Under the pieces are notes generated by a model that saw only the letters and a list, made by a program, of their open reading frames with translations, ran no database searches and was not told where the DNA came from. Positions 26,089 through 35,660 of a stretch of 64,000 bases of DNA are shown here, piece by piece (within the stretch, counting starts at the first letter, position 1; each line of letters begins with the position of its first letter). The position numbers and the translations under genes are program-made. This DNA is from Geopsychrobacteraceae bacterium. GTDB taxonomy: Bacteria; Desulfobacterota; Desulfuromonadia; Desulfuromonadales; Geopsychrobacteraceae. Location: NCBI GenBank assembly GCA_035267105.1, contig DATFMC010000034.1, positions 4,369-68,368 on the forward strand, read 5' to 3'.

Positions 26089-27810
26089 ATGCGTAATTTT
26101 TTAACCCTACTGCTGGCAGGACTGCTTCTGGTCCCGGCGGGCGCCATGGCGGCTCCTACACTTGAAGAGCTGCAGAAACAAATTCAGGAAATGTCCGTGG
26201 AAATTGAGGACATGATGGATATCGTTGAAAAGAACGAGACCCATACGGCCAAGGATCGTATCGAATGGTACGGCGATATGCGAACCAAGGTAGACACCGT
26301 CCATTATCAGGATATTGCCTGGAATCCCGGAGTGGCCGTTGATCTGAATCAATTCGGTGCTGATGCCATGAGCGGAGCATTCGGCAATCCTGCGGACCCG
26401 ACCTCCCCTATCGGTGCATTCATGGGCCAGTACCCTAACTTTGCTGCAGCTTTCGGTGCTGGACAGCTGCCCGCAGTTGGCGGCTTCTCGATGCTGGGTT
26501 TCGACCTCGGCGACAAACCGACGAAGGATGATCTTAATAACGATCTGCTCTACACTACTCGCCTGCGCCTTGGCATGAAAGCCAAAGTTTGGAAGAACGT
26601 CGACTTTGCCGGTCGCCTTATCATGTACAAGAACTGGGGTGACTCCACGGGTACCAAAGTGTTCGATTCCTGGGATGCCTTTACCATGGACGGCACCAAC
26701 AGTGGCAACACTTCCGGCGATTTTCTCCGGGTTGAGCGCGCCTATTTCAACTGGAAAGACATAGGTGACAGTAACTTCTATCTCTCTATCGGTCGCCGCC
26801 CTTCGACCTATGGTCCTCCCAGCCAATTCCGCGAGAATGAAATGCGTGGCGGCACCCCGTCTGGTCACTTGGTCCACTTCAACTTTGATGGAATAACCGC
26901 TGGTTATAAACTAAGCAAGCTGACTGGCGTCGAGGGCCAGACTATTCGCTTCTGCTACGGTCAGGGCTTCGAATCTCAGTACGGCAATGGCGAGCTTTAT
27001 AATACCAACGACTTCGCCACCCAGGACACCCATCTGGGCGGGATTAACCTGGACATCATGGATGACGGCACCAACTTCCTGCAGTTGACCGCATTCGGCG
27101 CCATTAATGTAGTGGACGGATTCAAGGGTACCTTCGCTTTTCCTTCTCAGCTGATGCCTCTCTTTGCCCCGACTATTAATCAGGACGCCCAAAACTTCCC
27201 GAACATGAACTTCATGGTCCGCTACCAGCCGACCACTGTAATCGGCGACATGCTGCTCGGCGGGCTGGGCTACGTTCGTGAGCAAGAGAACGGCGTCAAC
27301 ATGTTTGGATCCTTCGGCTGGACCCAACTTCGTCCGAATGGCGAAGCCGGACTGTTCGGGGGCATGGGCAGCGACAATTTATATCAAGTAGTAGATATCA
27401 ATGGTGAATTAACTCCCGTTCCGACCAACAAAGTAGTGGACGATTCCACCAAAGATGGTTACAGCGTCTATGTTGGCATCCAAGTGCCCTCTCCGGGCGG
27501 TAAGTTCGGTATCGAATACAATTACGGATCCGAATTTTGGACGCCATTCACCCAGGCGCAGGATGATGTCATCGGCAGCAAGCTCGCAACCCGTGGTCAT
27601 GCTGGCGAGGCCTATTACATCTTTGATATCAATCCCAACATGTTCATCAAGGTTGGTGGAATCTACTACGACTACGAGTACACTGGTAGTGGCTCTCCAG
27701 TTGGTACCCCCCAGAAAGTTGAAGACGTCCTGAATGGCACCGCAGTCTCTCTTCTCCCGGTCGCAGATACAGCTTGGGATGGTTATACTTCTTTGACTAT
27801 CAAATTTTAA
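26089..27810 (+). CDS. Outer-membrane beta-barrel protein with an N-terminal coiled-coil segment (possibly DUF3373-like)
   Basis: Signal peptide ...GAMA. LEELQKQIQEMSVEIEDMMDIVEKNE is heptad-like. Long alternating-hydrophobic, aromatic-rich strands follow. C-terminal ...SLTIKF. The family name is recalled from memory and not verified. Confidence 0.7.
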   Translation: MRNFLTLLLAGLLLVPAGAMAAPTLEELQKQIQEMSVEIEDMMDIVEKNETHTAKDRIEWYGDMRTKVDTVHYQDIAWNPGVAVDLNQFGADAMSGAFGNPADPTSPIGAFMGQYPNFAAAFGAGQLPAVGGFSMLGFDLGDKPTKDDLNNDLLYTTRLRLGMKAKVWKNVDFAGRLIMYKNWGDSTGTKVFDSWDAFTMDGTNSGNTSGDFLRVERAYFNWKDIGDSNFYLSIGRRPSTYGPPSQFRENEMRGGTPSGHLVHFNFDGITAGYKLSKLTGVEGQTIRFCYGQGFESQYGNGELYNTNDFATQDTHLGGINLDIMDDGTNFLQLTAFGAINVVDGFKGTFAFPSQLMPLFAPTINQDAQNFPNMNFMVRYQPTTVIGDMLLGGLGYVREQENGVNMFGSFGWTQLRPNGEAGLFGGMGSDNLYQVVDINGELTPVPTNKVVDDSTKDGYSVYVGIQVPSPGGKFGIEYNYGSEFWTPFTQAQDDVIGSKLATRGHAGEAYYIFDINPNMFIKVGGIYYDYEYTGSGSPVGTPQKVEDVLNGTAVSLLPVADTAWDGYTSLTIKF

Positions 27811-27828
27811 TTATCATTCGTTATTAAT

Positions 27829-27861
27829 AAATGAAAGAGGAGGCAACTCCTCTTTCATTTT
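27829..27861 (+). terminator. Hairpin between the barrel gene and the octahaem gene (possible partial terminator or attenuator)
   Basis: AAATGAAAGAGGA-ggcaac-TCCTCTTTCATTT forms a 13-bp perfect stem that runs into TTTTG. About 125 nt of AT-rich sequence follows. Confidence 0.55.
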
Positions 27862-27988
27862 GTCGAAGATGATCTATTTATATAAATGTTTAGTTATAAA
27901 GATTTCAACTCAAACTCGTTATGAGTAACTGTCGGTCTCTTCTGAGATGCATCCAAGTGGACATAAAGGGTTTTACGGGGAGGATAAA

Positions 27989-29356
27989 ATGAAACAAAAG
28001 AACAATAGAGTTCTACTTCTGGCTCTGCTCCTGATCATGACCTTGCCATCTGTCGTCATAGCCAGCCATAAAGACCGTATTGAAGGTCCCATCACCAGCG
28101 GGCCAGAGGCGACCATACAATGCCTGAGGTGCCATGAGGATGCGGCGACAGACTTCATGAAAACCAGCCATTGGAACTGGTCGCTTGAACAAGTGATGAA
28201 CGGAAAAACCTACCAGCGCGGCAAGCGCAACGCATTCAACAACTACTGCACCAGCGTTGCTTCGAACGAAGATAGTTGTGCCCGCTGCCATGCCGGATAC
28301 GGTATGACCGATGCCAACACCTTCGACTTCAGCGACAAGACCAAGGTCGACTGCCTGGTCTGCCACGACACAACTGGCACCTACGCAAAAGCAACCAGCG
28401 GCGGCGGTATTCCAAAAGAAAAAGTCAACCTGCTTAAGGTCGCTCAGAACGTTGGCATGCCGATGCGTGAAAACTGCGGCTCTTGTCACTTTTTCGGTGG
28501 CGGGGGCGATGCAGTGAAACACGGCGACCTTGATGGATCCATGTTCTACCCTGAAAAATCTACTGATATCCACATGGCTGCCGATGGCAACGATTTCGTC
28601 TGCCAGACTTGCCATGTGACAAAGAACCATGCAATTCCTGGCAATTCCATGGGCGTTTCACCGATCGGCATGAGCGAACTCGACTGCACAGAGTGTCACG
28701 ATGCACCGCACGCGGAGTCTCGACTCAATACCCATATCGCAAGCGTCGCCTGTCAGACCTGTCACATCCCGACCTACTCCAAAGAGCGGGCCACCAAGCT
28801 CTGGTGGGATTGGTCGAAAGCTGGTGATCAGGACCGTGAAGAGGTCACCGACCAATTTGGTAAACATGTCTACGTTGCAAAGAAGGGCGAGATGGAATAC
28901 GGAAGAAACCTTGTCCCTGAATATGCCTGGTACACAGACGGCAAAAATGAAGCATATATTCGCGGAGAAAATTTTGATCCGAGCGAACCGCTGCTCATGT
29001 CTGCTCCGACTGCAACGAAAGAGGACCAGGGGGCAAAGATTTTTCCTTTCAAAGTTATGCGTGGCAAGCAGATTTACGACACCAAAAACAACATCCTGAT
29101 TGCGGCCCATCTGATCGGCAAAGATGGCTACTGGAAAACCTTTGACTGGAACCAGGCGGCCGAAATCGGCATGAAAGCCGCCGGTCTCCCTTATAGTGGT
29201 GAATACGGTTTTGCCGAAACTATTATGTACTGGCGTCTGAACCATCAGGTTTCCGCGAAGGAAGAGGCACTCACCTGTCTTGACTGTCACGGCGACAGCG
29301 GCCGAATGGATTGGGTGAAGCTCGGCTACAACGGCGACCCCATGGGTGGCCTCTAA
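27989..29356 (+). CDS. Octahaem c-type cytochrome, tetrathionate reductase (OTR) family
   Basis: GGAGG RBS and a signal peptide. Eight CxxCH motifs: CLRCH, CARCH, CLVCH, CGSCH, CQTCH, CTECH, CQTCH, CLDCH. CGSCHFFGGGGDAVKHGDL matches my recollection of the OTR-family signature. Confidence 0.8.
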   Translation: MKQKNNRVLLLALLLIMTLPSVVIASHKDRIEGPITSGPEATIQCLRCHEDAATDFMKTSHWNWSLEQVMNGKTYQRGKRNAFNNYCTSVASNEDSCARCHAGYGMTDANTFDFSDKTKVDCLVCHDTTGTYAKATSGGGIPKEKVNLLKVAQNVGMPMRENCGSCHFFGGGGDAVKHGDLDGSMFYPEKSTDIHMAADGNDFVCQTCHVTKNHAIPGNSMGVSPIGMSELDCTECHDAPHAESRLNTHIASVACQTCHIPTYSKERATKLWWDWSKAGDQDREEVTDQFGKHVYVAKKGEMEYGRNLVPEYAWYTDGKNEAYIRGENFDPSEPLLMSAPTATKEDQGAKIFPFKVMRGKQIYDTKNNILIAAHLIGKDGYWKTFDWNQAAEIGMKAAGLPYSGEYGFAETIMYWRLNHQVSAKEEALTCLDCHGDSGRMDWVKLGYNGDPMGGL

Positions 29357-29372
29357 ACTCAAACTGAAAACA

Positions 29373-29425
29373 ACGTAATAAAAAAGGGGCCCTTGTGCGA
29401 GCGAGAGCCCCTTTTTTTATTACGT
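29373..29425. terminator. Strong bidirectional intrinsic terminator
   Basis: ACGTAATAAAAAAGGGGC-N16-GCCCCTTTTTTTATTACGT. Confidence 0.85.
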
Positions 29426-29591
29426 TAATGTTACAGATCTTCCGTCGTTGCTTTTTGACCTTTCTGTCTGGATATGGTTTTATTAGAATTCAAGAACGCA
29501 CTTTACAGAAGCACTGGGCCTGCCCATTCCAGCGGTACCGCATCGCCTGAGACAAAATAGCTTCTCAAACCCCCGACACGACAAGCAGCCT

Positions 29592-31325
29592 ATGCCAGAT
29601 AACTTTTTCCATATCATCAGCGCTCTCGCTGTCATCCTGATCGGTGCCCTGATCGGAGGCCGACTGGCAACCCTTTGCAGGGTTCCTCGAGTAACAGGAT
29701 ACCTTTTAGCCGGCTTGGTGACAGGACCGTCGTTCGCTGATATTTTTGGAGTCCCGCACCTGGTAACCCGTTATGCGTTAACCGAACTGCGCCTGATCAC
29801 AGATGTGGCGCTGGCGCTGATTCTGATGAATATCGGCGGTCAACTCCGGACCGAAAGCCTTCACCGCTGGAAACATAGAATTCTCTTTTTTTCACTCGGT
29901 GAAATTTTAGTCACCACTCTCTTTGTCGGAATTTCCGTTTTTGCTGTCAATCTGCTGCTGTTAAAGACAACCGTCGGCGCACTCAGCCTGTTGCAGACGT
30001 CATCCTATTTTGGAATATTTGCCGGGATTATCGGCGTTGCCACAGCTCCTGCTGCAACCTTGATGGTTATCCGTGAATATGAAGCAGAAGGGCCGGTCAC
30101 CTCGTCAATCCTGACCCTGGTCGGTCTGAATAATCTCTTTTCAGTTCTCTGCTTTGCTGTCGCAGCCCACCTTCTGGTGACCCCCAACGGTGACTACGCT
30201 GGACTGCTGTTTGAGATCCTGATGCCGGTGCTGATTGGCGGAGGGCTCGGCTTTTCCATGTCGGTCTGGGCTCAACGAATGGAACTGGTCAGTGAACATA
30301 AAATTCTGATTCTGGGTGGAGTCACTGCAACCGCGGCCATTTGCCGAGCCTTGGGAATTGAACCTCTGCTGGCCTGCATGGTCCTGGGTATGGTTCTGGC
30401 GAACAGTTCTCCGCGCTGGACCAGGCTGGTCGCCTCTATGAACCAGATCGACTACCCGCTTTATGTCGTCTTTTTTGTTCTGGCCGGAGCCAACCTGCAT
30501 ATCGAGACGTTAGGACATATCGGACTGCTCGGCCTTGCCTATGTCATCTCCCGGACCTTCGGCAAACTGATCGGAGCGAGAATCGGAGCGAAGATCGGTC
30601 ACTTTGGCAGTAGGGAACAAAGCTGGGTCGGAATGACCCTTCTCGCCCAGGCGGGGATGGCAATTGGACTGGCGACGACCCTGGCCCATCAGTGGCCGGA
30701 GGGTGGACCGTTGATTCAGACCGTTGTCTTGGGCGCTGTCGTGATTTTTGAACTTTTCGGGCCACTGGCGGTTCGGCATGGGCTTGTTAAGGCAGGAGAA
30801 GTACCTATCCTCTCCCTGCTGCGTAAGCGCGCCCCGCAGGGTGCAATGGAAGGACTTCACAGTGTTGCCCATCATTTCCGGTCATCGCTGGGCCTTCCCG
30901 CCGGTCACAACCTTGATAATCCCGGAGATATTCTGGTCCGTCATATCATGCGCCACAACGTTGAAACAATTCATCATGGCACACCGTTTCAAGAACTATT
31001 GCGGATGATCGCTCATAGTCGTTATGATCGCTTTCCGGTGGTCGATGATCAACAAAATTTCGTCGGTATTATCAATTACACTGAAATTCGCAACCTGCTG
31101 TTCGATCCTTCGCTTTCAAATCTGTTAGTGGCCAGCGATCTGGCGTCATCCAGCCATCATGCCATTCCGCCGGATACCCCCCTGCGTGAGGCCCTGAAAA
31201 CTCTGCAGAAAAAACGGAATATCAGCTTTTTCCCGGTCATCGACCCGGAACAACCGAAAAAACTTCTCGGCATTCTCAGTCAGAACGATGTACTCTCTGC
31301 CTTCCGTCGTCTGGACCTTGACTGA
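29592..31325 (+). CDS. Cation:proton antiporter (CPA2-like) with a C-terminal CBS pair
   Basis: About 400 aa of polytopic Na+/H+-exchanger-like region, then two CBS-like repeats (HIMRHNVETI..., FFPVIDPEQPKKLLGILSQNDVL). Confidence 0.8.
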   Translation: MPDNFFHIISALAVILIGALIGGRLATLCRVPRVTGYLLAGLVTGPSFADIFGVPHLVTRYALTELRLITDVALALILMNIGGQLRTESLHRWKHRILFFSLGEILVTTLFVGISVFAVNLLLLKTTVGALSLLQTSSYFGIFAGIIGVATAPAATLMVIREYEAEGPVTSSILTLVGLNNLFSVLCFAVAAHLLVTPNGDYAGLLFEILMPVLIGGGLGFSMSVWAQRMELVSEHKILILGGVTATAAICRALGIEPLLACMVLGMVLANSSPRWTRLVASMNQIDYPLYVVFFVLAGANLHIETLGHIGLLGLAYVISRTFGKLIGARIGAKIGHFGSREQSWVGMTLLAQAGMAIGLATTLAHQWPEGGPLIQTVVLGAVVIFELFGPLAVRHGLVKAGEVPILSLLRKRAPQGAMEGLHSVAHHFRSSLGLPAGHNLDNPGDILVRHIMRHNVETIHHGTPFQELLRMIAHSRYDRFPVVDDQQNFVGIINYTEIRNLLFDPSLSNLLVASDLASSSHHAIPPDTPLREALKTLQKKRNISFFPVIDPEQPKKLLGILSQNDVLSAFRRLDLD

Positions 31326-31485
31326 TCAAGAGGACAACCGGGTTTACCTCTCAAGAGATTGATTCTGAAAAAAAAGCAGGCACCCCAATATTTTGAGTTG
31401 CCTGCTTGATGTCTATCGGCATGCATTGAACTATAGCCGCCAACAGATGCCGATCGCCGGGCCCAGGGAAAGAGTTTTCAAGCGC

Positions 31486-32331
31486 TTAGCTTTTGGGCAG
31501 ATCGGCAATCTGCTGTTTGGCTTTTTCCGCCTCAGGCGCTAACGGATAATTGTTAATCAGTTTCTGGAACGTTGTCCGGGCGTTCTGATTGTCATTAAGG
31601 CTTTTGAAAGAGAGGGCCTGTTTAAACATTGCCGCCGCCGCTTTCGGATGATCACCAAATTTTTGAATGACATCCTGAAACTGCAGGATTGCCCGCTCAT
31701 ACTCTTTTTCACCATAGAGGGCTTCACCGATCCAGTACATAGCGTTGACGTTCAGATCATGCCTGGGATATTCCTTAAGAAATTTTTCCAGCTGCGTCCG
31801 ACCTGTCGCATACTGCTGTGCAGTCCGAATATTATCGAGTGCCTGCTTGTAGAGAAGCTCGGGATTGTCGGCCGAGGGGGCAACCTTGATGGTCGATACC
31901 GGTTGGGCCTGAGTGGCTTTCCTGGCCAATTGCTCAAGCCGCACCAGCTCCTGCTCCATTTTCATCACCTGACCCTCAAGAGCGCTGACCTGCATCCCGA
32001 GATCATCTCGCACCAACCCGAACTCGTCACCGCGTTGTTGATTTTCGCGGGCCAGATCATCCAGGCGACCATTTATCGCTTGTAACTCAACCCGCAGCGT
32101 GTCCAGGCCGGATTGCTGTTCGGCTAACTGACGACCTAGAACTTCGGTCTGCTGCCGGGAAGAACTTCCACCGCCTTTTAAAATTTCAGCATTGCCTTGT
32201 TCGACCTGAGCCAGGCGACGCTTCATCTCTTCAAGGTCCATCTCCATCCGCAATTGGCTCTGGGAAGGCGGCAGACACCCGGTTGAGACAAGGAGGAACA
32301 GCCCAAGGATCGGAAACAATATTTGTTTCAT
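31486..32331 (-). CDS. ybgF: Tol-Pal system protein YbgF/CpoB
   Basis: AAGGAGAAAAAT RBS, lipoprotein-like signal, coiled-coil region, C-terminal TPR (YWIGEALYGEKEY...). Last gene of the tol-pal cluster. Confidence 0.85.
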   Translation of the reverse strand: MKQILFPILGLFLLVSTGCLPPSQSQLRMEMDLEEMKRRLAQVEQGNAEILKGGGSSSRQQTEVLGRQLAEQQSGLDTLRVELQAINGRLDDLARENQQRGDEFGLVRDDLGMQVSALEGQVMKMEQELVRLEQLARKATQAQPVSTIKVAPSADNPELLYKQALDNIRTAQQYATGRTQLEKFLKEYPRHDLNVNAMYWIGEALYGEKEYERAILQFQDVIQKFGDHPKAAAAMFKQALSFKSLNDNQNARTTFQKLINNYPLAPEAEKAKQQIADLPKS

Positions 32332-32399
32332 ATTTTTCTCCTTACCATAAAAAAAGGGCCGCACAAATCTGTACGACCCCTTTTCGATTGATCAGGTGA

Positions 32400-32966
32400 T
32401 TAACGTTGCAAGGTAAATTCTGCACGCCGGTTCTTGGCCCAGGCTTCTTCGCTGTGCCCCATATCGAGAGGAACTTCTTCGCCATAGGAGATCGTGCCCA
32501 TCTGCTCAGCCGGCACCCCGAGAGAGATCAGATAATTTTTGGTCGCAACCGCACGTTTTTCTCCAAGCGCCAGGTTGTACTCGTCTGAACCACGCTCATC
32601 ACAATGCCCTTCAACAACAATCTTGACTTCCGGTGCGGCCTTAAGCACCTGAGCATTGGCATAAAGAGTATCCTGCGCGGTTTTGGTCAGTACATACTGG
32701 TCGAAATCGAAATAAATACGAGACAAATCGCGAACCCGTAAAACTGCTTCCTGCATTCCCGAAGCAGTGTCACCGGCAACAACATCGGAAACCTGCTGCT
32801 CTTCAACGGCAGAAATCTGTTGGTCCTGCATTTGTGTCTCTTCAACAGCCTGAGTTCCTTCGGTCATCTGAGACTCGTCCTGGGCCGCCTTCTTGGCACA
32901 CCCGGCCGACAACAGGGAAACCAGCGCCAAAAGAACAAATAGACGTGTCAGTGTAATTTTTTGCAT
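32400..32966 (-). CDS. pal: Peptidoglycan-associated lipoprotein Pal (OmpA family)
   Basis: Lipobox LLSAGC. OmpA-like IYFDFDQY...EGHCDERGSDEYNLALGEKRA...NRRAEF. Confidence 0.9.
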   Translation of the reverse strand: MQKITLTRLFVLLALVSLLSAGCAKKAAQDESQMTEGTQAVEETQMQDQQISAVEEQQVSDVVAGDTASGMQEAVLRVRDLSRIYFDFDQYVLTKTAQDTLYANAQVLKAAPEVKIVVEGHCDERGSDEYNLALGEKRAVATKNYLISLGVPAEQMGTISYGEEVPLDMGHSEEAWAKNRRAEFTLQR

Positions 32967-33087
32967 AATCAACCACTCCTTTCGCATATAGCGATAACTA
33001 AAAATCCATACTCGTTTTGCTTCATTTTTCAAAAATATCCGAGCATTATACAAAATGAAAAAATTAAAAACAACTTTTCTTGCGGTT

Positions 33088-34386
33088 TTACCATCGTCCT
33101 GACCAGGCGGGGTGACTGTCATCGCCACCTGGCGCAGAGATGCGGCGGTTTCCTGTTCCGTCAGCACGCATCACGTAAATGGATTTCTCACCGTCTCTAT
33201 CCAATGAGTAGACCAAAAAGCGACTATCCGGACTCCAGCGTGGATGCTCTTTGTTTCCGGGACCAAAAGTCAACCGTCGTTCATCAGTCCCATCAGGATT
33301 GATTGTATAGATATCGAAACGCTTGTCTTCCAGGCGGGAGAATGCAATTCGTTCACCATCAGGGCTCCAGGCCGGGGTTGCATTATACTTGCCATCAAAG
33401 GTCAGACGATTGACCTCAAGACTGTCGACATCGACAATATAGACATGGGGGTTGCCTCGCCGGTCAGAGACGAAAGCGATCTTATCGGCAGCTGGACTCC
33501 AGCTTGGGTCGACATCGATCCCCCAGTGGTTGGTCAAGCGCCGATGGATGGTTCCGTCGGTACCAATCAGGTAGAGTTCCGAGTTCTTGTCTTTAGAGAG
33601 TGTTACTGCGATTTCCCGACCGTTCGGACTGAACCGACCGCCGATATTAAGCCCGGTTCGGTGGGAGACGCGAGCTTCTCGGCCGGTATAAATCTCTTTA
33701 CGATGCAGGTCCGGGTTTCTGTTTTTGTACGAGGTGAAAATCAACTCTTTTCCGACAGGTGAAAAGTCGGGATTAAGAACAATACTGCGATGATTGGTCA
33801 AGCGAATCGGAGCATGACCATCCACTTCCATCAGGTAAAGTTCCTTTTTCCCGGTCCGGTTGGAGACATAAGCGATCCGGCTGGAAAACGGTCCTTTTTC
33901 CCCGGTCAGGCTGTGCATCACCTGATCGGCAAAAGTATGAGCGATCCGCCGCACCTCCTCCGGCTTGCCTATATAGCGACGACCGGTCAACATCCGCCGG
34001 GAGATGACATCGAAAAGGCGCGCTTCTATAATCAGCTTACCGTCCTCAATACGATAGCCTCCCTTGACCACCGCCTCAGCTCCCAGCAGCTTCCACTGGG
34101 TAAAGTCAACCTGCACGCTGTTCAGTCCCAGGGTCTCGGCATCGGAGAGATAAGAAGCCCGATCCACCATGCTGAACAGGCCGGAAAGGCTCAGGTCGGC
34201 ATCAAGAACCGCATTTATTTCCGTTGCAATCTCAGGCTGGATCTGTCCCATCGGCACGAAAGAAGTGATCGCCAGGGGAATCTGTTGCTCTCCCGGAGCG
34301 CTGATTTCGATCTTCACCGCCAGGGCTGATGAAACCGTGATCAGCAGGGCCAACACCAACAGTAAAACTCTTTTAAAAATTATCAT
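33088..34386 (-). CDS. tolB: Tol-Pal system beta-propeller protein TolB
   Basis: 432 aa with a signal peptide and repeated P.WSPDG/FSPNG propeller motifs. Confidence 0.92.
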   Translation of the reverse strand: MIIFKRVLLLVLALLITVSSALAVKIEISAPGEQQIPLAITSFVPMGQIQPEIATEINAVLDADLSLSGLFSMVDRASYLSDAETLGLNSVQVDFTQWKLLGAEAVVKGGYRIEDGKLIIEARLFDVISRRMLTGRRYIGKPEEVRRIAHTFADQVMHSLTGEKGPFSSRIAYVSNRTGKKELYLMEVDGHAPIRLTNHRSIVLNPDFSPVGKELIFTSYKNRNPDLHRKEIYTGREARVSHRTGLNIGGRFSPNGREIAVTLSKDKNSELYLIGTDGTIHRRLTNHWGIDVDPSWSPAADKIAFVSDRRGNPHVYIVDVDSLEVNRLTFDGKYNATPAWSPDGERIAFSRLEDKRFDIYTINPDGTDERRLTFGPGNKEHPRWSPDSRFLVYSLDRDGEKSIYVMRADGTGNRRISAPGGDDSHPAWSGRW

Positions 34387-35228
34387 CAGTTCTGCATTTC
34401 TCTCAGATTGAAGGTGACTTCAAATTCAGTCTGCTCTTCCAGTTCGCGTCCCAGATTCTGCGACTTCATTATCGCCGTGAGCAGAGAATCATCAAACGCC
34501 TTGTTTCCGGATTTCGAAATAACTTTTTTGTGAATCAGCTTCCCTTGCGCATTGTAGATCAATTTCCATTCGGCTTCCAGATTCAGACTCGGGAGTTGGT
34601 ACTTCGAGAGCCGCCATCGTTCAGTTATAAATTCTTTTACATAGGAAGCATAGGCGATCCCCTCTTGATCTCCCTTGCCGGTAATTTCACCGACCGGCGC
34701 ATCCTCTACCGGAGAGACAACCTTTCTCCGTTCTCGCTCCAATTCGGCCCTTAGAGCGGCCAAGCGATCTTCCCGCTCTTGCTGTCGCCTGAGTTCAGCC
34801 ATCTTCTGGTCAAAACTCTGCTCATCTGCTTTGCTGATAGTTGGTTCAGGCTTCGGCTTGGGTGTCGGTTTCACCACCGGCTTGGACTTTGGTTCGGGTT
34901 TAGGGCTCGGTTTGGGCTTTGGCTTAACCACAGGCTTCGGTTTGGGCGTCGGTCTAACCACGGGTTTCGGCTTGGCCTTTTTTACTGTTTTAGTCTCCTG
35001 TTTCGGGCTTGCTTCGGGCCGGCCGGCCTGAGGATTTTTGACCGGTTTGTTCACCAAATTGACCCTGTAAACCGGGGGTTTCGCTTTTTCAGGCGTGAAA
35101 TGGAGTAACCCGGTGTACAGGATCGGGAACAGAAAATGAATCGCCACCGATAGCCACAACATCCTTTTGAAACCAGGCTCAAGACGGGAGTGCAGCTGTC
35201 GCCAGCTCTGCTTCTTGGGTAACTTCAT
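34386..35228 (-). CDS. tolA: TolA-like energy-transducing protein (TonB-type C-terminal domain)
   Basis: N-terminal TM helix, KP-rich spacer, C-terminal TonB/TolA fold. Positioned between tolR and tolB. Confidence 0.75.
   Translation of the reverse strand: MKLPKKQSWRQLHSRLEPGFKRMLWLSVAIHFLFPILYTGLLHFTPEKAKPPVYRVNLVNKPVKNPQAGRPEASPKQETKTVKKAKPKPVVRPTPKPKPVVKPKPKPSPKPEPKSKPVVKPTPKPKPEPTISKADEQSFDQKMAELRRQQEREDRLAALRAELERERRKVVSPVEDAPVGEITGKGDQEGIAYASYVKEFITERWRLSKYQLPSLNLEAEWKLIYNAQGKLIHKKVISKSGNKAFDDSLLTAIMKSQNLGRELEEQTEFEVTFNLREMQN
34842..34976 (-). repeat. Low-complexity (K/P)n-coding repeat inside tolA
   Basis: Encodes AKPKPVVRPTPKPKPVVKPKPKPSPKPEPKSKPVVKPTPKPKPEP. The DNA shows reiterated GGCTT(C/G)GG(T/C)TT units. 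Confidence 0.7.
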
Positions 35229-35237
35229 CGGGTCAGG

Positions 35238-35660
35238 CTATTCCTCAGGCATTCGGGTCACCATACCCATCTTGTCAACACCTGCCCGCTTGATAGCTGC
35301 CATCACCTCAACCACCCGACCATATGGAACCTTCTGGTCCGCCTCCAGAAAAACTTCCTGGTCGGTTTTTCCTTTCAAGGCCTGTTCCAGAACCGGTGTC
35401 AACTTGGATACTGTTTCGATCTCGGTCTTGCCGATTAAGATCTTTCCGCTCTTCTCGACCGTCACGACCAGCGGTTCTTTTTTGACAGGAAGGCTGGGAG
35501 CTTCAGCGATTTCGGGAAGATCGACCTCTACCCCCTGATCCATCATCGGCGCGGTGACCATAAATATGATCAGCAGGACCAGCATGACGTCAACAAAGGG
35601 CGTCACGTTGATCTGAGACAGGGCACTGCGGTTACCGCCACCTGGGCGTCCGACTTCCAT
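35238..35660 (-). CDS. tolR: TolR/ExbD biopolymer transport protein
   Basis: 140 aa. INVTPFVDVMLVLLIIFM is the typical ExbD/TolR TM helix. Confidence 0.88.
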   Translation of the reverse strand: MEVGRPGGGNRSALSQINVTPFVDVMLVLLIIFMVTAPMMDQGVEVDLPEIAEAPSLPVKKEPLVVTVEKSGKILIGKTEIETVSKLTPVLEQALKGKTDQEVFLEADQKVPYGRVVEVMAAIKRAGVDKMGMVTRMPEE

